The notes below the pieces were generated by a model. The model had not been told where the DNA came from. It worked only from the letters and a program-made list of their open reading frames with translations, and searched no databases. A stretch of DNA of 64,000 bases, taken from Oikopleura dioica (lineage: Eukaryota > Animalia > Chordata). The first letter of the stretch is position 1, and each line of letters opens with the position of its first letter. The DNA is taken from the NCBI GenBank assembly GCA_907165135.1, contig OU015567.1, positions 14,074,001 through 14,138,000 on the forward strand. The letters are read 5' to 3'. This document shows, in pieces, positions 61,765 through 64,000 of this stretch. The position numbers were made by a program, and so were the translations under genes.

Positions 61765-63998
61765 CTAAAAAGAGTAAAAAATGAAGCGCACGCGAGGGCA
61801 GTAAAAACGTACCGTAACAGCGCCATTATTTATATCTTTATCGACGTTTAGCGAGTTGTTGCTTGGCAGTACGCTCGATTGCGCAAATGTAAGTTGTTCC
61901 GGTGCGCAGCGTTTTTTCGTAGCTTCGGAGTCTATATATGTTAGATCAATAATGTCAATCATCAGTCGAGCAAAACCTGTTAAATTTGGTTGAGTAGATA
62001 ACCACTTGTTGACATCGTGTACGCCATAAATTGCAAAATCGCTTCTGCTCAAGTTGTAGCGCGTTTCCGCTCGTTTAAAGACCCGCTCCATTTGCAGACT
62101 CTTGAAATACAAATAATTTGGAGGTAAATTGTTTTCAAGTCCGTTTGTTGACCTTATTCGAGTATACGCGCTGTTTAGGCGGCTCAAGCAACGATCGCAC
62201 CGATCTTTTTCCAATTCAGCGGCAGAGGTGGCGATTCCATTGGCCAAATAAAGACAGAGTTTTTGTATTCGTTGCAAATATGCGAACATGTCGTCTTGGT
62301 CGGATAAAGTTTTGGACATGTTGGCGGACAATGTGTAACAAATCCCATGTAAGCCACCAAAAGTTTGTTAAGAAAACTCTTTATTTGACGTTGCTGATGG
62401 CAGTGCAATTGAGCGCGCGATTTCAGATGAATGGCCATAACGCGAAATCTGTTAACGCGCTGGCGGTCGCTTTCCTTTTCTCCAAGAGCATACGTTTGTA
62501 GCGTATCCATTTCATAAGAAGTGAATCGCAGGACTTGGCTCGCTCGCGCTTTCAAAATTTCAATAAATTGCTCAAAGGCCTTTCGCATTGAAAGCAACAA
62601 ATGAAAATGCGCATTGGGCACCAAATCTTTGATGCAATAAAGTCGAAAGAGATCCTGGTTAAATTGCTTGGCGAGTGAAAGATTTTCCTCGTCGAAACAG
62701 ACCTGACCAGTAGGGGCGACCGGCGGGCGAACAATATTGGTCGAATGCGGTTGAACACGGCTTTTGAGAGATTTTGCTCTTCCGCAGCGCCAATCCCCAA
62801 GCATCATTGGCGGCAGCAACTTTGCCAATTCATGGCTTGATACGCAAGTCGACTCAAGCAGCGGACATTGCAAATAATACTTGGCCGTATGAGCCACAGA
62901 TCGCCCAAGCAGAAGCAAATACGCAAACAAATCTGTTTTGTTAAACGATTCCGAATGAAGATGAAATGACGAGGCTTTGTAATTGTACGCTTTTGACTGG
63001 GTTGGAGAAAAGCGAAAATCAACTTCGCCCTCTTCAAATTTATAGCGAGGGAACAGAGGCGAATATTTTGGAGGACCTTTTGAGGCTGCTACATGCTCGT
63101 CTACTCTGTCCATAAATTCGCGATGGAGCCTTTTTCGCAACGGATTGTCAAGTTCCAGCGCTTTATCGCTATCGAAAAAAGACACTTTGTTTGTTTGTAT
63201 AAACTCTGCCGAAGTAAGCCGTATCGCTTCCTCTTCAGTTGTAGAAGGTTTACAATTTTTCCAGAGTCGATACGTAAGAGGTGTTCGAGCCGCTGCTGCA
63301 GCAGCATCTGCAGCATGTTTTTTGGCGATTATGTACGATTCGGTAGAAAATGCTGCCAGCAAGTTGCAAATTTCACGAGTAATGTCGATACCTCTATCCA
63401 TAGAAGGGGAACAACCATCTTTATAAAAGCATTGTGGCAAGGGAGCGTTTACGGGTCGCAAAAGATTTGAAACAATTGTTGTTCCGTCGCTCGCTGGAGA
63501 AAAACATGGATCCAAGAGCGCGTAATGAAATTCTAAAATTGCCAAAGCCCCGCTCGCCGTGCTCCATTTTACATTTCCAAGTAATTGATCAGGCGCCAAG
63601 TCGATACTTTTTTCCGATTGCATATTTCTCCACGCGTCAATTGTCTCGGCAGGCGTTTGATTTTGCTTAAAGAGCGCGGCGTATTGTGTTGATTCCAAAG
63701 TTTGTTGATCCGAAATCGTGAAAAATGGCGAATCTTCAAATGGGAGCAAAATTGGGCTTCCCGCGCCAGGATCGGCGGCAATTCTGTTCCGGATTTTGTT
63801 CCAATCGTCAGGAGTCGTGTCTTGAACCAACTTTTTACGCCAATCGGTATCGGCAGCACCAATGTCCGTAAATTGCATGGCGCAAGATGTAAAGAAGCCT
63901 TGTTTGTTTTTACACGCGGTGAAAATCGTTTCTTTGATTGCAGATTCAAAGGCGTAATCGTCTGTATTTGTATTGAAATCAAAGCGTCCAGTTACTAA
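61765..63998 (-). CDS. Large Polinton unknown protein, 5' end outside the window
   Basis: Frame open from the window edge through 62184; probably continues via a -1 shift near 62330-62360 into the 61765-62331 ORF. Confidence 0.65.
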
Positions 63999-64000
63999 TC

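Larger units (their letters stand above)
39815..64000. mobile_element. Polinton/Maverick (endogenous adintovirus-like) element, right part outside the window
   Basis: AGTAGT terminus followed by subterminal repeats; encodes pPolB, rve integrase, A32-like ATPase and DJR major capsid protein; gene-dense and free of the MITEs that fill the flanking DNA. Candidate 6-bp TSD GTCGCT (39809-39814). Confidence 0.93.

Overview
Eukaryotic genomic DNA. The compact genes, ~40-50 bp introns (several GC-AG/GA-AG) and TTAGGG-type repeats suggest the larvacean tunicate Oikopleura (inference, not verified). Bases 1-39.8 kb are host sequence: a CUB-domain membrane protein, an ITIH-like VIT/vWA gene, CSDE1/Unr, an XK-related gene, several hypothetical genes, and many non-autonomous DNA transposons (hAT-, Kolobok- and Merlin-like) plus tRNA-SINE fragments. 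From ~39,815 to beyond the window end lies an endogenous Polinton/Maverick (adintovirus-like) element with an AGTAGT terminus, packaging ATPase, retroviral-like integrase, double-jelly-roll major capsid protein and protein-primed PolB. Unusual features of the element: about 16 short host-type spliceosomal introns, including in all four core genes; a probable terminal protein encoded as a stand-alone gene next to a polymerase whose OTU-like domains look inactivated (an adenovirus-like arrangement); an AT-hook protein overprinted on the integrase N-terminus; a protamine-like core protein; possible trans-spliced operon organisation; and two families of unknown paralogous genes. Several frameshifts fall in homopolymers and may be assembly errors, but two in-frame TAA stops in polB suggest real decay.
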